Positions 22,301 through 35,345 of a stretch of DNA of 64,000 nt are shown here, one piece after another. The stretch's first letter is position 1, and each line of letters begins with the position of its first letter. Below the pieces are notes generated by a model. It did not search any database. It had not been told where the DNA came from and was given only the letters and a program-made list of their open reading frames with translations. The stretch is from positions 27,266,795-27,330,794 of the forward strand of contig NC_092670.1 of the NCBI RefSeq assembly GCF_964355755.1. Direction: 5' to 3'. The stretch comes from Antedon mediterranea (Eukaryota; Animalia; Echinodermata). The translations under genes were made by a program, and so were the position numbers.

Positions 22301-23647
22301 ACCATCTAATATGACTTAGGAATATATGAATAAATATAAAACAATTCTCTATGACTTCTTTGATATTTCACAGATGACAGGTTGATGGATTCGGAAGAGG
22401 AAGAGGAGATAATTGAGAAAAGAAGAAAAAGTTTGAAAGGTACATGCGGGAATATGGGCTGTTTGTGTTTTAAATGTGGCTAAATATTTTTTTAATTTGG
22501 CAAAAAGAAATCAAACCTTTAGTAAATTTTTTGTCTAGAGTATGAGCGACTCCACTACTACAATAAAGTACATATAAACGTCGGAACCCGTCAATTCAGA
22601 TCTTTGTTCTTGGTTTCTATTAATTGATTTTTAGGGAAATGCAAATATGAAAAAGTAACCCTTAGCTTTATAAATGTTTTTTGCTCGAAATGTTCTGAAT
22701 TGTCAGTTAAGAAAATATGATGTATTGTTTAAATTGTTAACCTCTCTTAATTGCACTAAAAAAATGTAATTAACTAACATATTTTTCATTGCAAGTGAGC
22801 AAAATGATGAAAAGAAAATGCTTTTATTTACAGGGAGAATGTACACAAAATGGAAAACAAAAGATGAAAGAAACTTAAAGAAACACTTCAATGACATAAT
22901 AATTGGTACAGCAAATAAGACTATACCTTGTGAGTAATGATTTTTCTGCATTATTTAGTACAGTAAATCCTATGTAACAGTAGTATTTAACTGTTATTGA
23001 TAATTAAATCCCTTGTGTACAGTTAATACTTTTATTCTGTTTTTATAGATATCATTTAAGGCCAAAAAATGTATATTTATCATTTCTGACTGCTTCCTTT
23101 TAGATGTCACTTTTAAATATGGAGAGGAAAAGCATTTTTGTATCGATGGCGATTTAGAGCCAATTTCTAACAACTAGATGGTACGCTTGCTTCGCTCGCG
23201 TACCATCTAGCATCATGTCTATGCTGCCAATCAGCTTGATTGGCGCTTTCTCGTCTGTCCACGACAGTGGCTGTATGAACTGGTACACCAGGTGTAACTC
23301 CCCTACTTGTCTTCGAAATATGTACTAGGTTCAGCAGTGTGTGTACACTGGACCTACGCTTTATAGTCCTTATGCGAGAAGAAAAAAAAAACAGGGCATA
23401 CTCTTTTCAAAAAGTTTGGATGTTTTTTTTTCATGTAATAACACATAATAAACCATCAATTAATAATTAGAGATATTATTATTGGTTTTTTTTTTGTATT
23501 GTAGCTAAGAATGAAGCTTTGACATTTTTAAACAAATATATGCTGCATGAGAGCTATCCATGGAAGACCGTAAGATCAAAAGTTATGAATGAACGAGTAA
23601 AGAGGCAAAGACAAATTAAAGAAAGGATGGAGATAATGGAGATGTGA
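19342..23647 (+). CDS. Spliced gene for a small acidic/basic protein with C-terminal Myb/SANT-like domain; exons 19342-19385, 20841-20909, 21171-21242, 21580-21645, 21978-22037, 22374-22439, 22834-22929, 23505-23647
   Basis: Purine-rich blocks with AG/GT borders; last six exons join in phase 1 giving ...YTKWKTKDERNLKKHFNDII...PSKNEALTFL...PWKTVRSKVMNER...*; one unresolved phase conflict between exons 2 and 3. Confidence 0.65.
19419..20343. mobile_element. MITE (PIF/Harbinger-like) in an intron
   Basis: TIR CGCCCGTATTCTTAAACCGGACTTTAGT perfectly inverted at the right end; T/A-rich flanks; superfamily is inferred. Confidence 0.85.
21125..22580 (+). repeat. ~400-bp x4 tandem duplication, each unit containing one exon
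   Basis: ACAGATGACAGGTTGATGGA recurs with spacings 409, 398, 396. Confidence 0.95.
23265..23380 (-). mobile_element. SINE-like fragment
   Basis: Shares CAGTGGCTGT...TACACC.GG.GTAAC.CCC...TCGAAA.ATGTACTAGGTTC with 50020-50085; resembles invertebrate SINE central domains from memory. Confidence 0.5.
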
Positions 23648-23762
23648 GATGTCATAAAAATCAATGTATTAACAATTTGCAAATTGTTAATATATTGATG
23701 TAGCAGTCCAAATACATTGCATGCTAATATCAGCTCTATTAACAATTTTCTTAAAGATGTAT

Positions 23763-24800
23763 TGTTGATAATAGTAGGCAATTTATTGAGACTGCAATGT
23801 GTTAACAATTTACCTAATGGCACAAGATTTGATTCTGATTCAATTATATAATTGCTGTATTACAATTTCCTGTAATATTGATAATAGTATGCAATTTATT
23901 GAGACTGCAATGTGTTAACAATTTGCCTAATGGCACAAGATTTGATTCTGATTAAATTATATAATTGCTGTATTACAATTTCCTGTAATATTGATAATAG
24001 TATGCAATTTATTGAGACTGCAATGTGTTAACAATTTGCCTAATGGCACAAGATTTGATTCTGATTAAATTATATAACTGCTGTAATACAATTTCCTGTA
24101 ATATTGATAATAGTATGCAATTTATTGAGACTGCAATGTGTTAACAATTTGCCTAATGGCACAAGATTTGATTCTGATTCAATTATATAATTGCGGTATT
24201 ACAATTTCCTGTAATATTGATAATAGTATGCAATTTATTGAGACTGCAATGTGTTAACAATTTACCTAATGGCACAAGATTTTATTCTGATTAAATTATA
24301 TAATTGCGGTATTACAATTTCCTGTAATATTGATAATAGTATGCAATTTATTGAGACTGCAATGTGGTAACAATTTGCCTAATGGCACAAGATTTGATTC
24401 TGATTAAATTATATAACTGCTGTATTACAATTTCCTGTAATATTGATAATAGTATGCAATTTATTGAGACTGCAATGTGGTAACAATTTGCCTAATGGCA
24501 CAAGATTTGATTCTGATTAAATTATATAACTGCTGTATTACAATTTCCTGTAATATTGATAATAGTATGCAATTTATTGAGACTGCAATGTGGTAACAAT
24601 TTGCCTAATGGCACAAGATTTGATTCTGATTAAATTATATAACTGCTGTATTACAATTTCCTGTAATATTGATAATAGTATGCAATTTATTGAGACTGCA
24701 ATGTGGTAACAATTTGCCTAATGGCACAAGATTTGATTCTGATTAAATTATATATTTGCTGTATTACAATTTCCTGTAATATTGATAATAATATGCAATT
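23763..24800. repeat. 113-bp tandem repeat, ~9 copies
   Basis: TTGATAATAGTATGCAATTTATTGAGACTGCAATG recurs at a 113-bp period. Confidence 0.95.
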
Positions 24801-25895
24801 TATTTTTATCTGTACATAATTGTATATGTAATGCTTGCATAAATGATTTTTATTTATTTTTTTTTTGACGCAGCTTTTATGAAATTGATTGCCGCCGATG
24901 TACATCGTATATGTCAATAAAATATTATTATTATAGCATGCAATTTATTGAGACTTGCTACACTATAATTACTGTGTACTCTATGTATACATTATTTTAT
25001 TTAATGTGAAAACAGTATCAATTACTTTGTTTGTACAATCTTCACCTTACAAGCTAAAATTGTTTCAAAGTTTAGATATTCTGTTAAATTGAATAGGTTT
25101 GGCATTTGGACTCTTAATAAATCTATCTTAAAGAAATTGCGAATTTGTTGAACTTCTTTATTTTGAGTAAGTTTGTTGCTTGATCTAATTCATTCGGGCT
25201 GGTTTAACTTTCAGCTAGGTTACAAAGCGAAATAAAATGTTCCTTTTATTCAAAAAAATAGAATTTTTATTTTGAATACTGTATTATAACACATTTATAT
25301 TTTTAGTAGAATTGTTGTCTGAAGATGATCTTTACAAAGCATTTTTAACAATTTGTACCATATTTTAACACCTTGATATTAATCGTGTTGTAGATTTTCA
25401 TTTCGAGGGTTAATTATTGTTTGCATTTCATGCCCCCACCCTCTTAAAAACCCTTCTGAACAATTAACAAAAAACATTTTTTTATTCATCAATTTAACAT
25501 TGGTATGTTTTTTTCTATCAATAGTAATTATTGGAATGGTTTTAATGAGCTTTGTACTGGTATTGTTGACTTTGCACTATTTTTGCACTGTTTAATCTAT
25601 AAATAAGACATTTTTATACTGTAATATGTTATGTACACTGTCAAGTCTCCCAAATGTACATTTTAGAGTTTGAAAAACAGTTGGGAGACAAAAATAACAA
25701 CTTAAAACATATATATCTTACAGTTTAATTGTTATTATAATTTTTTTTGTTTTTAAATATGTAGTAACATGCCTTTAATGAAATAAAATGAAAGGGTGTA
25801 TGTAAAATATATGTCAAAGTATAATAATCAGCCATTTTGTCATTGTCTCCCAAATATAAAAAAAAATAGCATGTCTCCCAAAGTGTTAATTTAGT

Positions 25896-25932
<37 letters not shown>

Positions 25933-26699
25933 TTGTTATATTTACAATAATGTACACTAATTTGTTACTGAACTATGGAGAATTTTTTTTTTCCGAAATA
26001 AAAGATGAATGAATGAATTTATTTTCAATCTTTCTACATAACAACAAATATATAGTATAACAGGGGAGTAGCGGAAAAGCAAAAGTAAAGTAAATTTGAA
26101 CCAGCCAAACCTGTATGAAACATTATCCAGTAAGCAAATTTTATAAGAAGCTTTTGTTTATTAAAATGGGTTTCTCTGAAATTCCAGAAGTTTATTAAAC
26201 ATTGAAAATAACACAATCGCCTTTAAACAAAATGCTGTTCAAAAAAAGAATCGGTTGAAGCAAGCGTTCTTATAACATCCGATAAAATGAAGGTTCAATA
26301 AAGTAGCCCTATTAACAAATATATGAGGTCTCAGGCCTATCCCATATTAATTATTTTTATAGATACATTAATTTTAAGATTCCAGATACCGAATTGTTGT
26401 TTTTTTACATAACAAGTCATTTTTTCTTTGAATATAAATTCTGATTTAAGGACAAAATACTAAAATAAATACTTACACCAAAGGTGCATAAAAACGTGTT
26501 GATGTGGCGCTATATCAATATCATTATCTTTGCATTCACCCTAGACGCACATAGTGTGACACCCCTACCATATTCTCGATGTGACGATAAATGTACCAAT
26601 TAACATAATACTTCAGTAAAACTGATTATGTTTTTTCAAGAGATCAGCTATATCGTGTTGATTATAAAAAGGTGCAACTTTTAATTGATTGGAGATTAA

Positions 26700-29600
26700 A
26701 CAAGTAAACTATTTACTATTCTTGTCTTTACTCGTACAAAATAATATAACGGTCGCTAATTGGAAGTGTTTAAACTAAAGTGATCTATAATTGGAAGAGG
26801 ACCCGTACAATTACTTGTTTTTTATCACATGATTATAAACTATTTATTCTTCTTGTCTTAACTAGTATTATTCTTCTTGTCTTTATTCATACAAAAAAAA
26901 TATAACGGTCGCTAATTTAAAGTGTCTTAAAGTTAAGGGATCTTAAATTTAAAGAGGACCAGTACACTAATTACTTGATTTTTATCACATGATTATAAAC
27001 TATTTATTCTTCTTGTCTGTATTCATACCAAAAAAATACAAAGGTCGCTAATTAGAAGTGTCTTAAAGTAAAGTGATCTTTAATTGGAAGAGGACCAGTA
27101 CAATTACTTGTTTTTTTATCCCATGATTAAAAACTATATATTATTCTTGTCGTTACTCATACAAAATAATATAACGGTCGCTAATTTAAAGTGTTTTAAA
27201 GTAAAGAGATCTTTATATTGAAGAGGACCAGTACAATTACTTATTTTTTGTCACATGATTCAAAAATATTTATTATTCTTATCTTTGCTCGTACAAAATA
27301 ATATAACGGTCGCTAATTGGAAGTGTCTTACAGTAAAGTGACCTTTAATTGGAAGAGGACCAGTACAATTACTTGTTTTATATCACATGATTATAAACTA
27401 TTTATGCTTCTTGTTTTTATTCATAAAAAATAATATAACGGTCGCTAATTGGAAGTGTCTTACAGTAAAGTGACCTTTAATTGGAAGAGGACCAGTACAA
27501 TTACTTGTTTTATATCACATGATTATAAACTATTTATTATTCTTGTCTTTACTCGTACAAAATAATATAACGGTCGCTAATTGGAAGTGTTTAAACTAAA
27601 GTGATCTATAATTGGAAGAGGACCCGTACAATTACTTGTTTTTTATCACATGATTATAAACTATTTATTCTTCTTGTCTTAACTAGTATTATTCTTCTTG
27701 TCTTTATTCATACAAAAAAAATATAACGGTCGCTAATTTAAAGTGTCTTAAAGTTAAGGGATCTTAAATTTAAAGAGGACCAGTACACTAATTACTTGAT
27801 TTTTATCACATGATTATAAACTATTTATTCTTCTTGTCTGTATTCATACCAAAAAAATACAAAAGTCGCTAATTAGAAGTGTCTTAAAGTAAAGTGATCT
27901 TTAATTGGAAGAGGACCAGTACAATTACTTGTTTTTTTATCCCATGATTAAAAACTATATATTATTCTTGTCTTTATTCATACAAAATAATATAACGGTC
28001 GCTAAATGGAAGTGTCTTAAAGTAAAGTGACCTTTAATTGGAAGAGGACCAGTACAATTACTTATTTTGTATCACATGATTAAAATCTATTTATTCTTCT
28101 TGTCTGTACTCATACAAAATAATATAACGGTCGCTAATTGGAAGTGTCTTAAAGTAAAGTGATCTTTAATTGGAAGAGGACCAGTACAATTACTTGTTTT
28201 TTTATCCCATGATTAAAAACTATATATTATTCTTGTCGTTACTCATACAAAATAATATAACGGTCGCTAATTTAAAGTGTTTTAAAGTAAAGAGATCTTT
28301 ATATTGAAGAGGACCAGTACAATTACTTATTTTTTGTCACATGATTCAAAAATATTTATTATTCTTATCTTTGCTCGTACAAAATAATATAACGGTCGCT
28401 AATTGGAAGTGTCTTACAGTAAAGTGACCTTTAATTGGAAGAGGACCAGTACAATTACTTGTTTTATATCACATGATTATAAACTATTTAGACTTCTTGT
28501 TTTTATTCATAAAAAATAATATAACGGTCGCTAAATGGAAGTGTCTTAAAGTAAAGTGACCTTTAATTGGAAGAAGACCAGTACAATTACTTATTTTATA
28601 TCACATGATTATAAACTATTTATTATTCTTGTCTTTATTCATACAAAATAATATAACGGTCGCTAAATGGAAGTGTCTTAAAGTAAAGTGACCTTTAATT
28701 GGAAGAGGACCAGTACAATTACTTATTTTTTATCACATGATTAAAATCTATTTATTCTTCTTGTCTGTACTCATACAAAATAATATAACGGTCGGATCGC
28801 TAATTGGAAGTGTCTTAAAGTAAAGTGATCTTTAATTGGAAAAGGACCAGTACAATTACTTGTTTTTTATCACATGATTAAAATCTATTTATTCTTCTTG
28901 TCTGTACTCATACAAAATAATATAACGGTCGCTAAATGGAAGTGTCTTAATGTAAAGTGATCTTTAATTGGAAGAGGACCAGTACAATTACTTGTTTTAT
29001 ATCACATGATTATAAACTATTTATTATTCTTGTCTTTATTCATACAAAATAATATAACGGTCGCTAAATGGAAGTGTCTTAAAGTAAAGTGACCTTTAAT
29101 TGGAAGAGGACCAGTACAATTACTTATTTTTTATCACATGATTAAAATCTATTTATTCTTCTTGTCTGTACTCATACAAAATAATATAACGGTCGCTAAT
29201 TGGAAGTGTCTTAAAGTAAAGTGATCTTTAATTGGAAGAGGACCAGTACAATTACTTGTTTTTTATCACATGATTAAAATCTATTTATTTTTCTTGTCTG
29301 TACTCATACAAAATAATATAACGGTCGCTAAATGGAAGTGTCTTAAAGTAAAGTGATCTTTAATTGGAAGAGGACCAGTACAATTACTTGTTTTTTATCA
29401 CATGATTAAAATCTATTTATTTTTCTTGTCTGTACTCATACAAAATAATATAACGGTCGCTAAATGGAAGTGTCTTAAAGTAAAGTGATCTTTAATGGGA
29501 AGAGGACCAGTACAATTACTTGTTTTATATCACATGATTATAAACTATTTATTATTCTTGTCTTTATTCATACAAAATAATATAACGGTCGCTAAATGGA

Positions 29601-32600
29601 AGTGTCTTAAAGTAAAGTGACCTTTAATTGGAAGAGGACCAGTACAATTACTTATTTTTTATCACATGATTAAAATCTATTTATTCTTCTTGTCTGTACT
29701 CATACAAAATAATATAACGGTCGCTAATTGGAAGTGTCTTAAAGTAAAGTGATCTTTAATTGGAAGAGGACCAGTACAATTACTTGTTTTTTATCACATG
29801 ATTAAAATCTATTTATTCTTCTTGTCTGTACTCATACAAAATAATATAACGGTCGCTAATTGGAGGTGTCTTACAGTAAAGTGACCTTTAATTGGAAGAG
29901 GACCAGTACAATTACTTATTTTATATCACATGATTATAAACTATTTATGCTTCTTGTTTTTATTCATAAAAAATAATATAACGGTCGCTAATTGGAAGTG
30001 TCTTAAAGTAAAGTGATCTTTCATTGGAAGAGGACTAGTACAATTACTTGTTTTTTATCACATGATTAAAATCTATTTATTCTTCTTGTCTGTACTCATA
30101 CAAAATAATATAACGGTCGCTAATTGGAAGTGTCTTACAGTAAAGTGACCTTTAATTAGAAGAGGACCAGTACAATTACTTGTTTTATATCACATGATTA
30201 TAAACTATTTATTATTCTTGTCTTTATTCATACAAAATAATATAACGGTCGCTAAATGGAAGTGTCTTAAAGTAAAGTGACCTTTAATTGGAAGAAGACC
30301 AGTACAATTACTTATTTTATATCACATGATTATAAACTATTTATGCTTCATGTTTTTATTCATAAAAAATAATATAACGGTCACTAATTGGAAGTGTCTT
30401 AAAGTAAAGTGATCTTCCATTGGAAGAGGACCAGTACAATCACATGATTAAAATCTATTTATTCTTCTTGTCTGTACTCATACAAAATAATATAACGGTC
30501 GCTAATTGGAAGTGTATTAAAGTAAAGTGATCTTTCATTGGAAGAGGACCAGTACAATTACTTGTTTTTTATCACATGATTAAAATCTATTTATTCTTCT
30601 TGTCTGTACTCATACAAAACAATATAACGGTCGCTAATTGGAAGTGTCTTAAAGTAAAGTGATCTTTAATTGAAAGAGGAGACCAGTACAATTACTTGTT
30701 TTTTGTCATATGATTAAAAATATATTTATTATTCTTGCCTTTATTCATACAAAATAATATAACGGTCGCTAATTGGAAGTGTTTAAATTAAAGTGATCTT
30801 TAATTGGAAGAGGACCAGTACAATTACTTGTTTTTTATCACATGATTAAAATCTATTTATTCTTCTTGTTTCTATTCATACAAAACAATAATAACGGTCG
30901 CTAATTGGAAGTGTTTAAATTTAAGTGATCTTTAATTGGAAGAGGACCAGTACAATTACTTGTTTTTTATCACATGATTATAAACTATTTATTATTCTTG
31001 TCTTTACTCATACAAAATAATAAAACGGTCGCTAATTGGAAGTGTTTAATTTTAAGTGATCTTTAATTGGAAGAAGACCAGTACAATTACTTGTTTTTTG
31101 TCACATGATTAAAAACTATTATTACTCTTGTCTTTACTCATACAAAACAATAAAAATGGTCGCTAATTGGAAGTGTCTAAACTAAAGTGTTCTTTAATTG
31201 GAAGAGGACCAGTATAATTACTTGTTTTTATTACATGATTATTATTATATTGTTATTTATTCTTCTTGTCTTTATTCATACCAAATAATATAACGGTCGC
31301 TAATTGGAAGTGTCTTACAGTAAAGTGACCTTTAATTGGAAGAGGACCAGTACAATTACTTGTTTTATATCACATGATTATAAACTATTTATTATTCTTG
31401 TCTTTACTCGTACAAAATAATATAACGGTCGCTAATTGGAAGTGTTTAAACTAAAGTGATCTATAATTGGAAGAGGACCCGTACAATTACTTGTTTTTTA
31501 TCACATGATTATAAACTATTTATTCTTCTTGTCTTAACTAGTATTATTCTTCTTGTCTTTATTCATACAAAAAAAATATAACGGTCGCTAATTTAAAGTG
31601 TCTTAAAGTTAAGGGATCTTAAATTTAAAGAGGACCAGTACACTAATTACTTGATTTTTATCACATGATTATAAACTATTTATTCTTCTTGTCTGTATTC
31701 ATACCAAAAAAATACAAAAGTCGCTAATTAGAAGTGTCTTAAAGTAAAGTGATCTTTAATTGGAAGAGGACCAGTACAATTACTTGTTTTTTTATCCCAT
31801 GATTAAAAACTATATATTATTCTTGTCTTTATTCATACAAAATAATATAACGGTCGCTAAATGGAAGTGTCTTAAAGTAAAGTGACCTTTAATTGGAAGA
31901 GGACCAGTACAATTACTTATTTTGTATCACATGATTAAAATCTATTTATTCTTCTTGTCTGTACTCATACAAAATAATATAACGGTCGCTAATTGGAAGT
32001 GTCTTAAAGTAAAGTGATCTTTAATTGGAAGAGGACCAGTACAATTACTTGTTTTTTTATCCCATGATTAAAAACTATATATTATTCTTGTCGTTACTCA
32101 TACAAAATAATATAACGGTCGCTAATTTAAAGTGTTTTAAAGTAAAGAGATCTTTATATTGAAGAGGACCAGTACAATTACTTATTTTTTGTCACATGAT
32201 TCAAAAATATTTATTATTCTTATCTTTGCTCGTACAAAATAATATAACGGTCGCTAATTGGAAGTGTCTTACAGTAAAGTGACCTTTAATTGGAAGAGGA
32301 CCAGTACAATTACTTGTTTTATATCACATGATTATAAACTATTTAGACTTCTTGTTTTTATTCATAAAAAATAATATAACGGTCGCTAAATGGAAGTGTC
32401 TTAAAGTAAAGTGACCTTTAATTGGAAGAAGACCAGTACAATTACTTATTTTATATCACATGATTATAAACTATTTATTATTCTTGTCTTTATTCATACA
32501 AAATAATATAACGGTCGCTAAATGGAAGTGTCTTAAAGTAAAGTGACCTTTAATTGGAAGAGGACCAGTACAATTACTTATTTTTTATCACATGATTAAA

Positions 32601-35190
32601 ATCTATTTATTCTTCTTGTCTGTACTCATACAAAATAATATAACGGTCGGATCGCTAATTGGAAGTGTCTTAAAGTAAAGTGATCTTTAATTGGAAAAGG
32701 ACCAGTACAATTACTTGTTTTTTATCACATGATTAAAATCTATTTATTCTTCTTGTCTGTACTCATACAAAATAATATAACGGTCGCTAAATGGAAGTGT
32801 CTTAATGTAAAGTGATCTTTAATTGGAAGAGGACCAGTACAATTACTTGTTTTATATCACATGATTATAAACTATTTATTATTCTTGTCTTTATTCATAC
32901 AAAATAATATAACGGTCGCTAAATGGAAGTGTCTTAAAGTAAAGTGACCTTTAATTGGAAGAGGACCAGTACAATTACTTATTTTTTATCACATGATTAA
33001 AATCTATTTATTCTTCTTGTCTGTACTCATACAAAATAATATAACGGTCGCTAATTGGAAGTGTCTTAAAGTAAAGTGATCTTTAATTGGAAGAGGACCA
33101 GTACAATTACTTGTTTTTTATCACATGATTAAAATCTATTTATTTTTCTTGTCTGTACTCATACAAAATAATATAACGGTCGCTAAATGGAAGTGTCTTA
33201 AAGTAAAGTGATCTTTAATTGGAAGAGGACCAGTACAATTACTTGTTTTTTATCACATGATTAAAATCTATTTATTTTTCTTGTCTGTACTCATACAAAA
33301 TAATATAACGGTCGCTAAATGGAAGTGTCTTAAAGTAAAGTGATCTTTAATGGGAAGAGGACCAGTACAATTACTTGTTTTATATCACATGATTATAAAC
33401 TATTTATTATTCTTGTCTTTATTCATACAAAATAATATAACGGTCGCTAAATGGAAGTGTCTTAAAGTAAAGTGACCTTTAATTGGAAGAGGACCAGTAC
33501 AATTACTTATTTTTTATCACATGATTAAAATCTATTTATTCTTCTTGTCTGTACTCATACAAAATAATATAACGGTCGCTAATTGGAAGTGTCTTAAAGT
33601 AAAGTGATCTTTAATTGGAAGAGGACCAGTACAATTACTTGTTTTTTATCACATGATTAAAATCTATTTATTCTTCTTGTCTGTACTCATACAAAATAAT
33701 ATAACGGTCGCTAATTGGAGGTGTCTTACAGTAAAGTGACCTTTAATTGGAAGAGGACCAGTACAATTACTTATTTTATATCACATGATTATAAACTATT
33801 TATGCTTCTTGTTTTTATTCATAAAAAATAATATAACGGTCGCTAATTGGAAGTGTCTTAAAGTAAAGTGATCTTTCATTGGAAGAGGACTAGTACAATT
33901 ACTTGTTTTTTATCACATGATTAAAATCTATTTATTCTTCTTGTCTGTACTCATACAAAATAATATAACGGTCGCTAATTGGAAGTGTCTTACAGTAAAG
34001 TGACCTTTAATTAGAAGAGGACCAGTACAATTACTTGTTTTATATCACATGATTATAAACTATTTATTATTCTTGTCTTTATTCATACAAAATAATATAA
34101 CGGTCGCTAAATGGAAGTGTCTTAAAGTAAAGTGACCTTTAATTGGAAGAAGACCAGTACAATTACTTATTTTATATCACATGATTATAAACTATTTATG
34201 CTTCATGTTTTTATTCATAAAAAATAATATAACGGTCACTAATTGGAAGTGTCTTAAAGTAAAGTGATCTTCCATTGGAAGAGGACCAGTACAATCACAT
34301 GATTAAAATCTATTTATTCTTCTTGTCTGTACTCATACAAAATAATATAACGGTCGCTAATTGGAAGTGTATTAAAGTAAAGTGATCTTTCATTGGAAGA
34401 GGACCAGTACAATTACTTGTTTTTTATCACATGATTAAAATCTATTTATTCTTCTTGTCTGTACTCATACAAAACAATATAACGGTCGCTAATTGGAAGT
34501 GTCTTAAAGTAAAGTGATCTTTAATTGAAAGAGGAGACCAGTACAATTACTTGTTTTTTGTCATATGATTAAAAATATATTTATTATTCTTGCCTTTATT
34601 CATACAAAATAATATAACGGTCGCTAATTGGAAGTGTTTAAATTAAAGTGATCTTTAATTGGAAGAGGACCAGTACAATTACTTGTTTTTTATCACATGA
34701 TTAAAATCTATTTATTCTTCTTGTTTCTATTCATACAAAACAATAATAACGGTCGCTAATTGGAAGTGTTTAAATTTAAGTGATCTTTAATTGGAAGAGG
34801 ACCAGTACAATTACTTGTTTTTTATCACATGATTATAAACTATTTATTATTCTTGTCTTTACTCATACAAAATAATAAAACGGTCGCTAATTGGAAGTGT
34901 TTAATTTTAAGTGATCTTTAATTGGAAGAAGACCAGTACAATTACTTGTTTTTTGTCACATGATTAAAAACTATTATTACTCTTGTCTTTACTCATACAA
35001 AACAATAAAAATGGTCGCTAATTGGAAGTGTCTAAACTAAAGTGTTCTTTAATTGGAAGAGGACCAGTATAATTACTTGTTTTTATTACATGATTATTAT
35101 TATATTGTTATTTATTCTTCTTGTCTTTATTCATACCAAATAATATAATGGTCGCTAATTGGAGGTGTTTTAAGCCAAGTAATCTTTGAA
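26700..35190. repeat. ~120-bp satellite array (~70 monomers) with higher-order structure
   Basis: Monomer ATAACGGTCGCTAATTGGAAGTGTCTTAAAGTAAAGTGATCTTTAATTGGAAGAGGACCAGTACAATTAC...; rare variants recur 3855 bp apart. Confidence 0.98.
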
Positions 35191-35345
35191 AAATAAAAAC
35201 TAGTTTAGCATTATTAACAAATAGTGGTCGTTAAAAAAAGACAAGTGCATGCGCAATCACGATCAAAACCTGAATCTCAAATCTCAACCACGGACGGTAT
35301 TCAATCCAAGAGTCAGACATTATTAAACGCGCCGGACAGCATTAA

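Larger units (their letters stand above)
17502..25897 (+). mobile_element. ~8.4-kb (TA)n-flanked element with imperfect terminal inverted repeats, no transposase seen
   Basis: ACACTTGGGAGACA (17515) vs TGTCTCCCAAAGTGT (25872); several subterminal TTGGGAGAC copies at both ends; (TA)n on both sides. Confidence 0.65.

Noticed and set aside
26700-35190. CRISPR-like array
   Set aside because: Monomers are similar along their whole length with no unique spacers, there are no cas genes, and the context is eukaryotic.
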